Made by a program: the position numbers and the translations under genes. Shown one piece after another: positions 50,083 through 58,257 of a DNA stretch of 64,000 bases; the first letter of the stretch is position 1; the number at the start of each line of letters is the position of its first letter. The notes beneath the pieces were generated by a model. It searched no databases, was not told the origin of the DNA, and saw only the letters and a list, made by a program, of their open reading frames with translations. The stretch spans positions 2,268 through 66,267 of the forward strand of contig SVAZ01000006.1 of assembly GCA_015059145.1 (NCBI GenBank). Direction: 5' to 3'. The DNA comes from Erysipelotrichaceae bacterium. GTDB taxonomy: Bacteria; Bacillota_I; Bacilli_A; Acholeplasmatales; Anaeroplasmataceae.

Positions 50083-51270
50083 TTATTGATACTTATTAAC
50101 TAAATAGCTAATAAATTGAGCAGCACACCTTCCTGATAAAGAGCCATATTTAAGCTCCCACTTGCTAGCCTCTTGAATTAAAATGCTTTCTTCCACCTTA
50201 ATATCATTCTTATTAGCAAGCTCCTTTACCATAGCTCTAAACTCCTTAGGTGATAATGAGCTATAGTAGATTTGTAAACCAAAGCGATAAGCCAAGGAAA
50301 GCTTTTCTGCTTGAGTTTCGTTACGATGTAGATCATCAGCTAAATTATCTATAGATGTTTCCTTAATTAAATGTCTACGATTAGATGTAGCATAAATAAC
50401 TACATTATTTGGCTTAGGCTCGATTCCACCCTCAATAATACTCTTTAAGTATTTATATTCAATTTCATCCTCCTCGAAAGATAAATCATCCATATAAATT
50501 ATATAATGGTATGGTCTAGCTCTTAAGGTATGTATAATCTTAGATATTTCCTCCATTTGATGCTTATATACCTCTATAATTCTAAGGCCTGCTGCATAAT
50601 AGGTATTTAATAATGCCTTAATAGATGTTGATTTACCAGTACCTGATTCACCATATAATAAAACATTATTACATGGCTTCCCATTAATAAAGCATTCTGT
50701 ATTTTCAATTAATAAGCTCTTTTGATAATCATAACCAATTAAATCATTAAAGCTGACATCTAAAACATTATATATTGGGGACAATACTCCATCTTCAACT
50801 CTAAATGCCTTATAGATAGCCATATCAGCTAACCCTTTTGTTTTATAGAAATTTAAAATTGAAGACTTAAATGTATTAATATCCTTAATATCATTTTTTA
50901 TTTCATTAACTATCTTTGAAATATCTGTAGTCCTTGTACAATAATCAAAATTCTCTATTTCCTGTAAATCAAGCTTATAGGTATACATTTTATAATAAGT
51001 CTCTAAATCAAAATCAACTAAATTAAATGTGCTAGCATTTATATTTCTTTCTATACTTCTAGTATAAGCATTATCATTAAACATTAAGGAATAAATTAAA
51101 AATGATTGCCATATATTACCAGTGAAACCATATTCTATCGCTAAAGAGCACAATGATGATTTAAAAGTATTAGCCTTATAACTATTTTTAAATTCAATCC
51201 AGTTATTACATCCATCTAAAAATATAGACATTATATCTTTATGTATTACATTATCAAACAAATAAAACAT
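50083..51270 (-). CDS. DUF815-family AAA+ ATPase
   Basis: LLYGESGTGKSTS, YMDDLSFEEDE, SIIEGG, YATSNRRHL, SGRCA. Confidence 0.9.
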   Translation of the reverse strand: MFYLFDNVIHKDIMSIFLDGCNNWIEFKNSYKANTFKSSLCSLAIEYGFTGNIWQSFLIYSLMFNDNAYTRSIERNINASTFNLVDFDLETYYKMYTYKLDLQEIENFDYCTRTTDISKIVNEIKNDIKDINTFKSSILNFYKTKGLADMAIYKAFRVEDGVLSPIYNVLDVSFNDLIGYDYQKSLLIENTECFINGKPCNNVLLYGESGTGKSTSIKALLNTYYAAGLRIIEVYKHQMEEISKIIHTLRARPYHYIIYMDDLSFEEDEIEYKYLKSIIEGGIEPKPNNVVIYATSNRRHLIKETSIDNLADDLHRNETQAEKLSLAYRFGLQIYYSSLSPKEFRAMVKELANKNDIKVEESILIQEASKWELKYGSLSGRCAAQFISYLVNKYQ

Positions 51271-51442
51271 AATCATCACCTCTTAATTACACAATAATTA
51301 TAGCATTCATTTAAAAATTTATAAATGATTAAAAAAAATAAAATAAAAGACTTTCAATTCCTTTACTAAAAATGTATATAATGATATAATAGAGTTAATA
51401 GTTTCGATTGTAAAATAATTAATAAGCAAAGGAGATTTTAGT

Positions 51443-51862
51443 ATGTCATCAGAAAAACACAATTTACTCTTAATTATAGGTCGTCCAGGTTCTGGAAAAT
51501 CTAAATTTCTTCACAACTATTCTAAGGACAAGGGAATACCTATTTTAAATCTGGACAACATTTTAGGCAAGCAAATTCCAGAAGGAAAGGATGCTAATTA
51601 TGTCTATGAATTTATTAGAGGATTTTTAGCAAGCTATAAGCCTCAAGAAATTCTAATCGATAAAAAAACTATTTTATACCAAAAGGATACTGATATAGAT
51701 CTATTAGACTTCCTAAAGGAAATATCAGCAAATAAAACAGTCATTACAACTTGGACTGGATGGACTGAAAACAACAAGCTTATCCATGTATGTGAAGAGC
51801 TTGGCACTACAGTCGAATATCCATTAGACTCAATTAATTGTCAATATATGGAGCTTAAATAA
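51443..51862 (+). CDS. BrxF-like small P-loop protein
   Basis: LLLIIGRPGSGKS, LNLD, LLDFLKEISANKTVITTWTG...KL resemble BrxF's SRNKTVxxxWxG pattern (recognised by eye). Confidence 0.65.
   Translation: MSSEKHNLLLIIGRPGSGKSKFLHNYSKDKGIPILNLDNILGKQIPEGKDANYVYEFIRGFLASYKPQEILIDKKTILYQKDTDIDLLDFLKEISANKTVITTWTGWTENNKLIHVCEELGTTVEYPLDSINCQYMELK
51749..51862 (+). repeat. Direct repeat copy 1 (3' end of the brxF-like gene)
   Basis: 51749-51853 identical to 52348-52452 (105 bp); last 9 nt differ only by CTT vs TTA (Leu). Confidence 0.97.
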
Positions 51863-51863
51863 T

Positions 51864-52340
51864 ATGAAAGAACTAGTATTACATCAAACACAAGACAAAG
51901 AAATAAATGAAGAAGTTAGGATGATTGTCGAAAAGGATTATATTTCAATAATTGATTGCGAAAATCAAAATGATCAAATCAGTTATAATGATGAAATAAA
52001 ATATACTAGTATTATGAAGGATAATATAGCGTTAATAAGATACGAAGCAAATCATAATACTCAAAAAAAAATTAATGCTGGTCTAATAGGATTAGGAATA
52101 CTAATATTCTTAATTTCAATATTCCCATTCGTTTATGAATTAATTGGCTTAGGTATAGCACTTCTAATAATAGGTATGATTTTGATAATCGTAGGTGGAT
52201 TGACTACTAGGAGAGGTCATACAACTAAGATGGGAAATTTTAAAATCATTAATTATCAAGATGAAATAATATATTCAAAAAATATAATACTAGAACAAGA
52301 GCAAATTAATGAAATCATAACATCAATTCATCAAGAATAA
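51864..52340 (+). CDS. Hypothetical two-TM membrane protein between the repeats
   Basis: 158 aa, hydrophobic hairpin GLIGLGILIFLISIFPF...IGMILIIVGG; starts 1 nt after the brxF-like stop. Confidence 0.75.
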   Translation: MKELVLHQTQDKEINEEVRMIVEKDYISIIDCENQNDQISYNDEIKYTSIMKDNIALIRYEANHNTQKKINAGLIGLGILIFLISIFPFVYELIGLGIALLIIGMILIIVGGLTTRRGHTTKMGNFKIINYQDEIIYSKNIILEQEQINEIITSIHQE

Positions 52341-52347
52341 TTTGGCT

Positions 52348-52461
52348 ACTTGGACTGGATGGACTGAAAACAACAAGCTTATCCATGTATGTGAAGAGCT
52401 TGGCACTACAGTCGAATATCCATTAGACTCAATTAATTGTCAATATATGGAGTTAAAATAA
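52348..52461 (+). repeat. Direct repeat copy 2 (stranded brxF-like 3' fragment)
   Basis: Encodes TWTGW...MELK* with no start codon; followed by a terminator. Confidence 0.97.
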
Positions 52462-52462
52462 C

Positions 52463-52488
52463 AAATGCAGCTTAGGCTGCATTTTTTT
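52463..52488 (+). terminator. Intrinsic terminator after repeat copy 2
   Basis: AAATGCAGC-TTAG-GCTGCATTT plus T tract. Confidence 0.85.
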
Positions 52489-52577
52489 GCATATAAAATT
52501 AAAAAATGACTATCCCTCACGAATAGTCAATCTATTAAATATCAAGCAGTAAATCCGGCTTAATAATCACTTCTATA

Positions 52578-52654
52578 TGGCGCATCCAAGAGGACTCGAA
52601 CCCCTAACCTTTTGATCCGTAGTCAAACGATCTATCCAATTGATCTATGGATGC
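52578..52654 (-). tRNA. tRNA-Arg(ACG)
   Basis: GCATCCA acceptor, TTTGA-CTACGGA-TCAAA anticodon arm, GGTTCGAG T-loop, encoded CCA; 77 nt. Confidence 0.97.
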
Positions 52655-52686
52655 ATGTATATTAAGTTGACGGTTAAAAAAAATAA

Positions 52687-52762
52687 TGGCGGTCCGGACG
52701 GGACTTGAACCCGCGATCTCCAGTGTGACAGACTAGCATGTTAACCACTACACCACCGGACC
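52687..52762 (-). tRNA. tRNA-Asp(GTC)
   Basis: GGTCCGG acceptor, CTGTCAC anticodon loop, GGTTCAAG T-loop, encoded CCA; 76 nt. Confidence 0.97.
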
Positions 52763-52780
52763 ATCCGTCAACGCTTGTTT

Positions 52781-52810
52781 ATTATAGCATAACAATAAAT
52801 CATAATGCAA
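52781..52810 (-). promoter_or_regulatory. sigmaA promoter of the tRNA pair
   Basis: TTGCAT-N18-TATAAT with extended TG. Confidence 0.75.
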
Positions 52811-52869
52811 GTCTTTTTATTCTTTTTTTGCAAAAAAATATTCCCCTAGATTTCCTAGGGGAATTTTAA

Positions 52870-53823
52870 TTATTTATCCTTTGCTATCTCTTTAATAGCT
52901 GTAACTGTAGTTGCTAAATTTTGCATATCTGATGGAACAATAATCTTTGTTGCTTGACCATCTGCAACCTTTTGCATAGCTTCATAGCTCTTAAGCTTTA
53001 ATACTGCCTCAGTAACATTTGCTTCCTTTAAAAGCTTTAAACCTTCTGCTTCTGCTTCACGAGTAATTTTAATACCCTCTGCTTCAGCTGTTTTAACCTT
53101 AAGAATAGCTTGTGCTTCACCCTCAGCCTTACGAATCATTGCTTCTCTATCAGCTTCAGCTGTTAAAATTTGAGATTCCTTCTTACCTTCTGCAAGTAAA
53201 ATTTGAGACTTCTTTTCACCTTCTGCTAAAAGAATCTTTTCTCTACGCTCACGCTCAGCACGCATTTGACGTTCCATCGCATCACGGATATCCTTTGGAG
53301 GTAAGATATTCTTAACCTCTACACGATTAACCTTAATACCCCATGGATCTGTAGCCTCATCTAAAATTGAACGCATCTTTGTGTTAATGATATCACGGCT
53401 TGTTAAAGTTTCATCTAAATCTAATTCACCGATGATATTACGTAATGTTGTTGCAGATAAATTTTCAATTGCTGAAATTGGATTTTCAACACCATAAGCA
53501 TATAGCTTAGGATCAGTTACTTGATAGAATACAATTGAGTCAATTTGCATTGTAACGTTATCCTTAGTAATAACTGGCTGTGGATCAAAATCCTTAACCT
53601 GCTCCTTCATTGAAACAATGTAAGCAATCTTATCCATAAATGGAACTAAGAAATGGAAGCCTACACTCCATGTAGCGTGATAACCACCAAAACGCTCAAT
53701 AATATATTTATTTGTTTGACGAACAATTCTAATTCTTGAAATTAAATAAGCTACTATTACTAATACAATAATACTTGCAACAACAGCAACTAAAACATAT
53801 GTACTTTGACCACTTAAAAACAT
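52870..53823 (-). CDS. SPFH/stomatin-family protein
   Basis: VITKDNV, TTLRNIIGELDLDETL, WGIKVNRVEVK, QMRAERERR. Confidence 0.95.
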   Translation of the reverse strand: MFLSGQSTYVLVAVVASIIVLVIVAYLISRIRIVRQTNKYIIERFGGYHATWSVGFHFLVPFMDKIAYIVSMKEQVKDFDPQPVITKDNVTMQIDSIVFYQVTDPKLYAYGVENPISAIENLSATTLRNIIGELDLDETLTSRDIINTKMRSILDEATDPWGIKVNRVEVKNILPPKDIRDAMERQMRAERERREKILLAEGEKKSQILLAEGKKESQILTAEADREAMIRKAEGEAQAILKVKTAEAEGIKITREAEAEGLKLLKEANVTEAVLKLKSYEAMQKVADGQATKIIVPSDMQNLATTVTAIKEIAKDK

Positions 53824-53836
53824 TTTCTTTTCTCCC

Positions 53837-54268
53837 TTATTCTTCTATTTTTTTAACTACTATTTTATTACCTCTAAGAGTAACAACCTCTACAATGCTA
53901 CCCTCTTCAATAGCTTCCTCTACATCCTCCATAAGGACTGCAGAATAAACAATACCATTCACCTTTATTTCACCAGCGTTATACTTTGTTACTTCCTTAT
54001 CTAACTTAACTCTCTTACCTACAAACTCATCAACATTTGTATGTCTAATTGCTCTTTCAGTCATCTTTTTAACTAAAGGACGAGTAAATGCTAAGGCAAG
54101 TAAAGAAACAACGCTAAAAATAAGTATTTGAGCCCATATTTCTAGAGCAAATGATGAAACAAGTGCTACTAAGGCTCCTACAGCGAACCATATAGACACA
54201 AATTCCTGTGTCACAGCCTCTACTATTACCGCAATAACAAATATTGCTAGCCAAATCCATACCATCAT
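53837..54268 (-). CDS. NfeD-family protein
   Basis: N-terminal TMs, GEIKVNGIVYSA OB-fold; canonical partner of SPFH. Confidence 0.9.
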   Translation of the reverse strand: MMVWIWLAIFVIAVIVEAVTQEFVSIWFAVGALVALVSSFALEIWAQILIFSVVSLLALAFTRPLVKKMTERAIRHTNVDEFVGKRVKLDKEVTKYNAGEIKVNGIVYSAVLMEDVEEAIEEGSIVEVVTLRGNKIVVKKIEE

Positions 54269-54271
54269 TTC

Positions 54272-54646
54272 CTACATATCTCCCTTCATATCAATTATGA
54301 TAGCTTTCTTTTTGTCATCGTAGGTTGCATCATATCGAATATAATCCTTTTTAGGCACAACCAAATCAAATGTCTTACACACATATTCTACCATAGCTCT
54401 TGAGCATATTCTAGCATATGTCTTAGAAATTGATATTGATAACAATGATGTTTCAGGAATTTCTCCACTTAATGCATAGTCCTTATTTAATACAAAGACA
54501 TATAGCTTTGAATTTTCCTTATCTATTCCAACACGTGCCTTATATCCATCTATAAAATATTTCAACATGCTTTTATTAAAGGTTATATGATTTTCATAGA
54601 TAGATGCTGTACCCTTACAGGTATCAATGTCAAAAAATTCAATCAT
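54272..54646 (-). CDS. Hypothetical protein
   Basis: 124-aa ORF with AAGGAGG RBS, in operon with nfeD/SPFH. Confidence 0.8.
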   Translation of the reverse strand: MIEFFDIDTCKGTASIYENHITFNKSMLKYFIDGYKARVGIDKENSKLYVFVLNKDYALSGEIPETSLLSISISKTYARICSRAMVEYVCKTFDLVVPKKDYIRYDATYDDKKKAIIIDMKGDM

Positions 54647-54760
54647 AATATACCTCCTTCTTTACTTATATTATATGACAACATTTTAATAAATTCAATA
54701 TAATTCATAAAAATTTTTTAAAATTTTAAGAAATAAAAAATGGATTAAAAAATCCATTTA

Positions 54761-55603
54761 TTATTTAACTATAAAGGTTTTATCATCATCAAAGTCTATA
54801 ATTCTATCCTTATATAATCCACCATAAGCACGTTTAAATGCCTTTCTACTCATCCTGAATATCTTTTCAATATCCTCTGAGCTTGACTTGGCAGTAAGCT
54901 TCATGATGCCATGATGCTCATTCATATAATCTAAAATTATTTGTCTATCACCATCAATTAGATTTTCCTTTAATGTATTCAGCGTTCCATAGCATTCACC
55001 GTCTAAGTTCTTAGTTATTATTACACTAATTTCTTGACCCAATCTATAGCTTCCTCTGAATTGTGAATTTGGAACGAAAACATACATGTTATGTACAGTA
55101 ATAATACCTAATCCCTTTTCAGCAATTCTAATTACATTTCCTAATACCTCTTCACGCTCAGCATATTGAATATTTGCTTTTAGCTCTTTAATTTCAAATC
55201 TGTTTAATGGCTTACCAGTTAAAATATTACCTTTAACCTTTAACCTAATAAATAACTTATCACCAGCCACTGGCCAAAGAGCTTCATCAAATGGAAGATA
55301 GTCCTTTGATATTAAAATATCCTTAGGCGTATTTATGTTAACAAATACACCAACACCACTCATAACCTCTATAACCTCGGCATATCCAGCCTTTGAAATA
55401 GTCGCAGTTGGCTCCTGTTGTGTTGCTGTTAATCTTTTTTCCTTATCTGAATATATAAATACTGATAGCTCTTCATCAGCAGCTAATTCCTTTGTAGCTT
55501 GCTTAAAGTGCATTAGTACCTCTTCCTTACCATCAGTAAGCATATATCCTAAATCAGATTTTCTTATGACTCTTAAGGTATTATAATCGCCTAATTTAAT
55601 CAA
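54761..55603 (-). CDS. cvfB: CvfB-family S1 RNA-binding protein
   Basis: LGDYNTLRV...GYML, VFIYSDKEKRL, C-terminal MSRKAFKRAYGGLYK winged-helix motif; TTG start. Confidence 0.88.
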   Translation of the reverse strand: MIKLGDYNTLRVIRKSDLGYMLTDGKEEVLMHFKQATKELAADEELSVFIYSDKEKRLTATQQEPTATISKAGYAEVIEVMSGVGVFVNINTPKDILISKDYLPFDEALWPVAGDKLFIRLKVKGNILTGKPLNRFEIKELKANIQYAEREEVLGNVIRIAEKGLGIITVHNMYVFVPNSQFRGSYRLGQEISVIITKNLDGECYGTLNTLKENLIDGDRQIILDYMNEHHGIMKLTAKSSSEDIEKIFRMSRKAFKRAYGGLYKDRIIDFDDDKTFIVK

Positions 55604-55737
55604 TTACGATCACCATCCTTATAATTTCTATCAGTTTGCTTAAGATACATTTCTTTTTTTGAATCAAAGCTATTTGTCTTTTTCTTTGATTCAAACTTCT
55701 TAATTAGTTCCTTCTCCTTCTGTGTCAGGTTCTTCAT
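55600..55737 (-). CDS. Small 45-aa Lys-rich protein (absent from ORF track)
   Basis: MKNLTQKEKELIKKFESKKKTNSFDSKKEMYLKQTDRNYKDGDRN; stop overlaps the cvfB TTG (TTGA); AAGGATGTG upstream. Confidence 0.6.
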   Translation of the reverse strand: MKNLTQKEKELIKKFESKKKTNSFDSKKEMYLKQTDRNYKDGDRN

Positions 55738-56158
55738 TACCCATCACATCCTTTTCAAAATTTATTTGCTTAATACCCATTTCCTCTAAAACCTTAATAA
55801 TTCTATCAATATTGTCCTCAGTTGTAAAGGTGTCAGCAATACCCTTATGATAATGGATTTCAATAAATCTTTTATTTCTATCAAATAAAGTTAAAGTATT
55901 ATTAAAGCTCCTTACTGTAAATGCATATGCTTCCATTATTCTTAAATCAATGCTAAAATCTTCCTTTGGCTGAAGGCGTCTTAAAAATAAAGATAGCTTT
56001 TGGAAGTGAAGCATAGTTTTATTCATGCTCATAACAAAATCAGCTTGACCCTCATTATATATCTTACCCATATTTCTTTTTAAATAAACTATGCAAGGCT
56101 TAACACCCTTAAGCTTGCCAGTATTTCTTAATTCCATAATTATTCTTCTACGTTGCAT
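55700..56158 (-). CDS. Hypothetical protein
   Basis: GAGGT RBS and TG-TATAAT upstream favour ATG 56158 (152 aa). Confidence 0.75.
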   Translation of the reverse strand: MQRRRIIMELRNTGKLKGVKPCIVYLKRNMGKIYNEGQADFVMSMNKTMLHFQKLSLFLRRLQPKEDFSIDLRIMEAYAFTVRSFNNTLTLFDRNKRFIEIHYHKGIADTFTTEDNIDRIIKVLEEMGIKQINFEKDVMGNEEPDTEGEGTN

Positions 56159-56223
56159 AATATATACCTCGGTTAGTATTATAACATACATTTTAATTTT
56201 TTTAAAAAAGTTTGACAAAATAT

Positions 56224-56252
56224 TTGACAAGCGCTTTCATAAGTGCTATTAT
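56224..56252 (+). promoter_or_regulatory. sigmaA promoter overlapped by a cre/LacI-like operator
   Basis: TTGACA-N17-TATTAT with extended TG; minus strand ATGAAAGCGCTTGTCAA has one perfect cre half-site and the AAGCGCTT core. Confidence 0.7.
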
Positions 56253-56258
56253 ATAAGT

Positions 56259-56335
56259 AGAAATTGACTTTTCAAATAATCTCTCCCAAAAAAGCGAAAA
56301 GGGCCAATCATTTGATTGGTCCTTTTCGTTATTTA
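56259..56335 (+). ncRNA. Candidate small RNA
   Basis: No credible gene between the promoter and a bidirectional terminator; contains a CUCUCCC motif. Prediction only. Confidence 0.45.
56295..56328. terminator. Bidirectional terminator
   Basis: CGAAAAGGGCCAATCA-TT-TGATTGGTCCTTTTCG with U-rich tails on both strands. Confidence 0.85.
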
Positions 56336-57219
56336 TTTTTTAAGTTATCATTTAAGCTTTTTAATAGCTTATATAAAACCTTATTAACAGGAACATCGAT
56401 ACCCTTTGCCTCAGCAAGCTTAATCAATGTAGGTGAAAAGCTCTCTAATTCATTATATTCAGAATTATAAAAATCCAATGTCAATGATGTAACCCTATCA
56501 GATGTGAATGCTTCACATCTTTTATTTGTTTCTTTTAGATCATCTTCATCAAGCCCTATATTATACGCTTGTGAAACTATGTATACCTCTTTAAATATAT
56601 CACTCATTAATTCCTTTAATAACGGATGAGACATATCCTTATATGTAGCATTGCATAAGGCCGATATTTGATTAATTCCCATATTGAGCATCCACTTAAG
56701 CCATACTCTTTTCTTCATAGACGGGTATATCATATGATTTACATTGTATTGAGTTAATAAACGATCGATTTGTAATAAATATTCCTTTATAGGCTCATTA
56801 AACTCCTCACCAAATTGAAGATTAATGATTCTACTAGTTTTTAAAACATTATCCTTTTTGTTAGCCTCTACATTTATTACACCATATAAGACATTATTAT
56901 TTTTAAAATAATCTTGAAGGATATCATGAGCCATAATACCATTTAGAAGTGGAATAATAATAGTATCCTTAGAAACAAATATTTCTAAATCCTTAAGTGA
57001 AGACTCTAGCTGATAATTTTTCACACAAACAAAGATTATATCAGGCTTTATGCTAGAGGTATAATTTGGATTAAACCTCTTATCATTAATAATGATTCCA
57101 TTTTCCTTATATCTAGCTATTCTATTTTCATCCGCTAATATATATAAATCCTTATATCCATATAATTCATTTAATAGTGCGCAGCCAACTGCCCCCATCC
57201 CAAATATTCCAATCCTCAT
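56329..57219 (-). CDS. panE: Ketopantoate reductase family protein
   Basis: GIFGMGAVG, CVKNYQ, LLNG, WLKWMLN, SLTLD..ELE; start ATG 57219. Confidence 0.85.
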   Translation of the reverse strand: MRIGIFGMGAVGCALLNELYGYKDLYILADENRIARYKENGIIINDKRFNPNYTSSIKPDIIFVCVKNYQLESSLKDLEIFVSKDTIIIPLLNGIMAHDILQDYFKNNNVLYGVINVEANKKDNVLKTSRIINLQFGEEFNEPIKEYLLQIDRLLTQYNVNHMIYPSMKKRVWLKWMLNMGINQISALCNATYKDMSHPLLKELMSDIFKEVYIVSQAYNIGLDEDDLKETNKRCEAFTSDRVTSLTLDFYNSEYNELESFSPTLIKLAEAKGIDVPVNKVLYKLLKSLNDNLKNK

Positions 57220-57265
57220 ATAAACCTCCAAAATGGTACAGCAATAACTGTACCATTTTTTTAAA

Positions 57266-58255
57266 TTATAAATTTGCAATAATTGCGTTAGTTAATTCCT
57301 TAGTAGTAGCACTACCACCTAAATCCTTAGTTAATGCCTTACCATCATTTAAAGTTTTTAAAATAGCGTCAGTAATTTTCTTACCAATTTCCTTCTTGCC
57401 CATATGATCAAGCATCATAACTGCAGCCTGAAGTAAAGCAATTGGATTTGCGATACCTTGACCAGCAATATCAGGAGCTGACCCATGAACAGCTTCAAAA
57501 ATTGCAACATCCTTACCTAGGTTAGCACCTGGTACTAATCCTAATCCACCAACTAAACCAGCAATTAAGTCAGAGATAATATCTCCATAAAGATTTGGAG
57601 CAACTAATACATCGTACTTTTCAGGATACATTACTAATTGCATACACATATTATCAATAATCTTATCATCAAATGCGATAGTAGGATATTCCTTTGCAAT
57701 TTCTCTAAATCTAGCTAAGAATAATCCATCTGTTTGTTTAAGAATATTTGCTTTATGAATACAAGTAACCTTCTTACGATTATTTTCCTTAGCATATTCA
57801 AAAGCATATCTTATAATTCTATCAGTTGCAGGAACTGTAATTCTCTTAATGGCTTCAAAGCCATTTTCAATTTCATGCTCCTCACCAATATATAAATCCT
57901 CTGTATTTTCTCTTACTGTAACAATATCAACATTTTGATATTTAGAAATATTTGCAAAAGAATATGCAGGTCTTAAGTTTGTATATAAGTCAAATGCTAA
58001 ACGTAAATTAACATTTACTGAACGGAATCCTTTACCAACTGGAGTTGTAACAGGACCCTTTAAAGCCACCTTATATTTCTTAATTGCTTCTAAAGTTTCA
58101 GCAGGAATTAATTCTCCACACTTATCATAAGAAGTCTGACCAATATCAAATGTATGATATTTTAAATCAGCACCAGCTGCATCTAAAATGCTGCAAACGG
58201 CCTCTACTATTTCTGGACCAATTCCATCACCTGGAAGTAAAACTATATCTGTCAT
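57266..58255 (-). CDS. icd: Isocitrate dehydrogenase (IDH/IPMDH family)
   Basis: GDGIGPEI, KGPVTTP, RENTED, HKANI, NLYGDIISD, EAVHGSAPDIAG; in operon with acn and citrate synthase. Confidence 0.9.
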   Translation of the reverse strand: MTDIVLLPGDGIGPEIVEAVCSILDAAGADLKYHTFDIGQTSYDKCGELIPAETLEAIKKYKVALKGPVTTPVGKGFRSVNVNLRLAFDLYTNLRPAYSFANISKYQNVDIVTVRENTEDLYIGEEHEIENGFEAIKRITVPATDRIIRYAFEYAKENNRKKVTCIHKANILKQTDGLFLARFREIAKEYPTIAFDDKIIDNMCMQLVMYPEKYDVLVAPNLYGDIISDLIAGLVGGLGLVPGANLGKDVAIFEAVHGSAPDIAGQGIANPIALLQAAVMMLDHMGKKEIGKKITDAILKTLNDGKALTKDLGGSATTKELTNAIIANL

Positions 58256-58257
58256 TA

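Noticed and set aside
51749-52461. DGR template/variable repeat or CRISPR reading of the 105-bp repeat
   Set aside because: No adenine-specific mismatches, no reverse transcriptase, only two copies and no cas genes.
52578-52654. tRNA-Arg as attachment site of an island spanning the HEPN-like/brxF-like region
   Set aside because: I found no duplicated tRNA 3' fragment and no integrase in the window.
56264-56470. 68-aa TTG ORF downstream of the plus-strand promoter
   Set aside because: No RBS, it crosses a terminator and runs antisense into panE.
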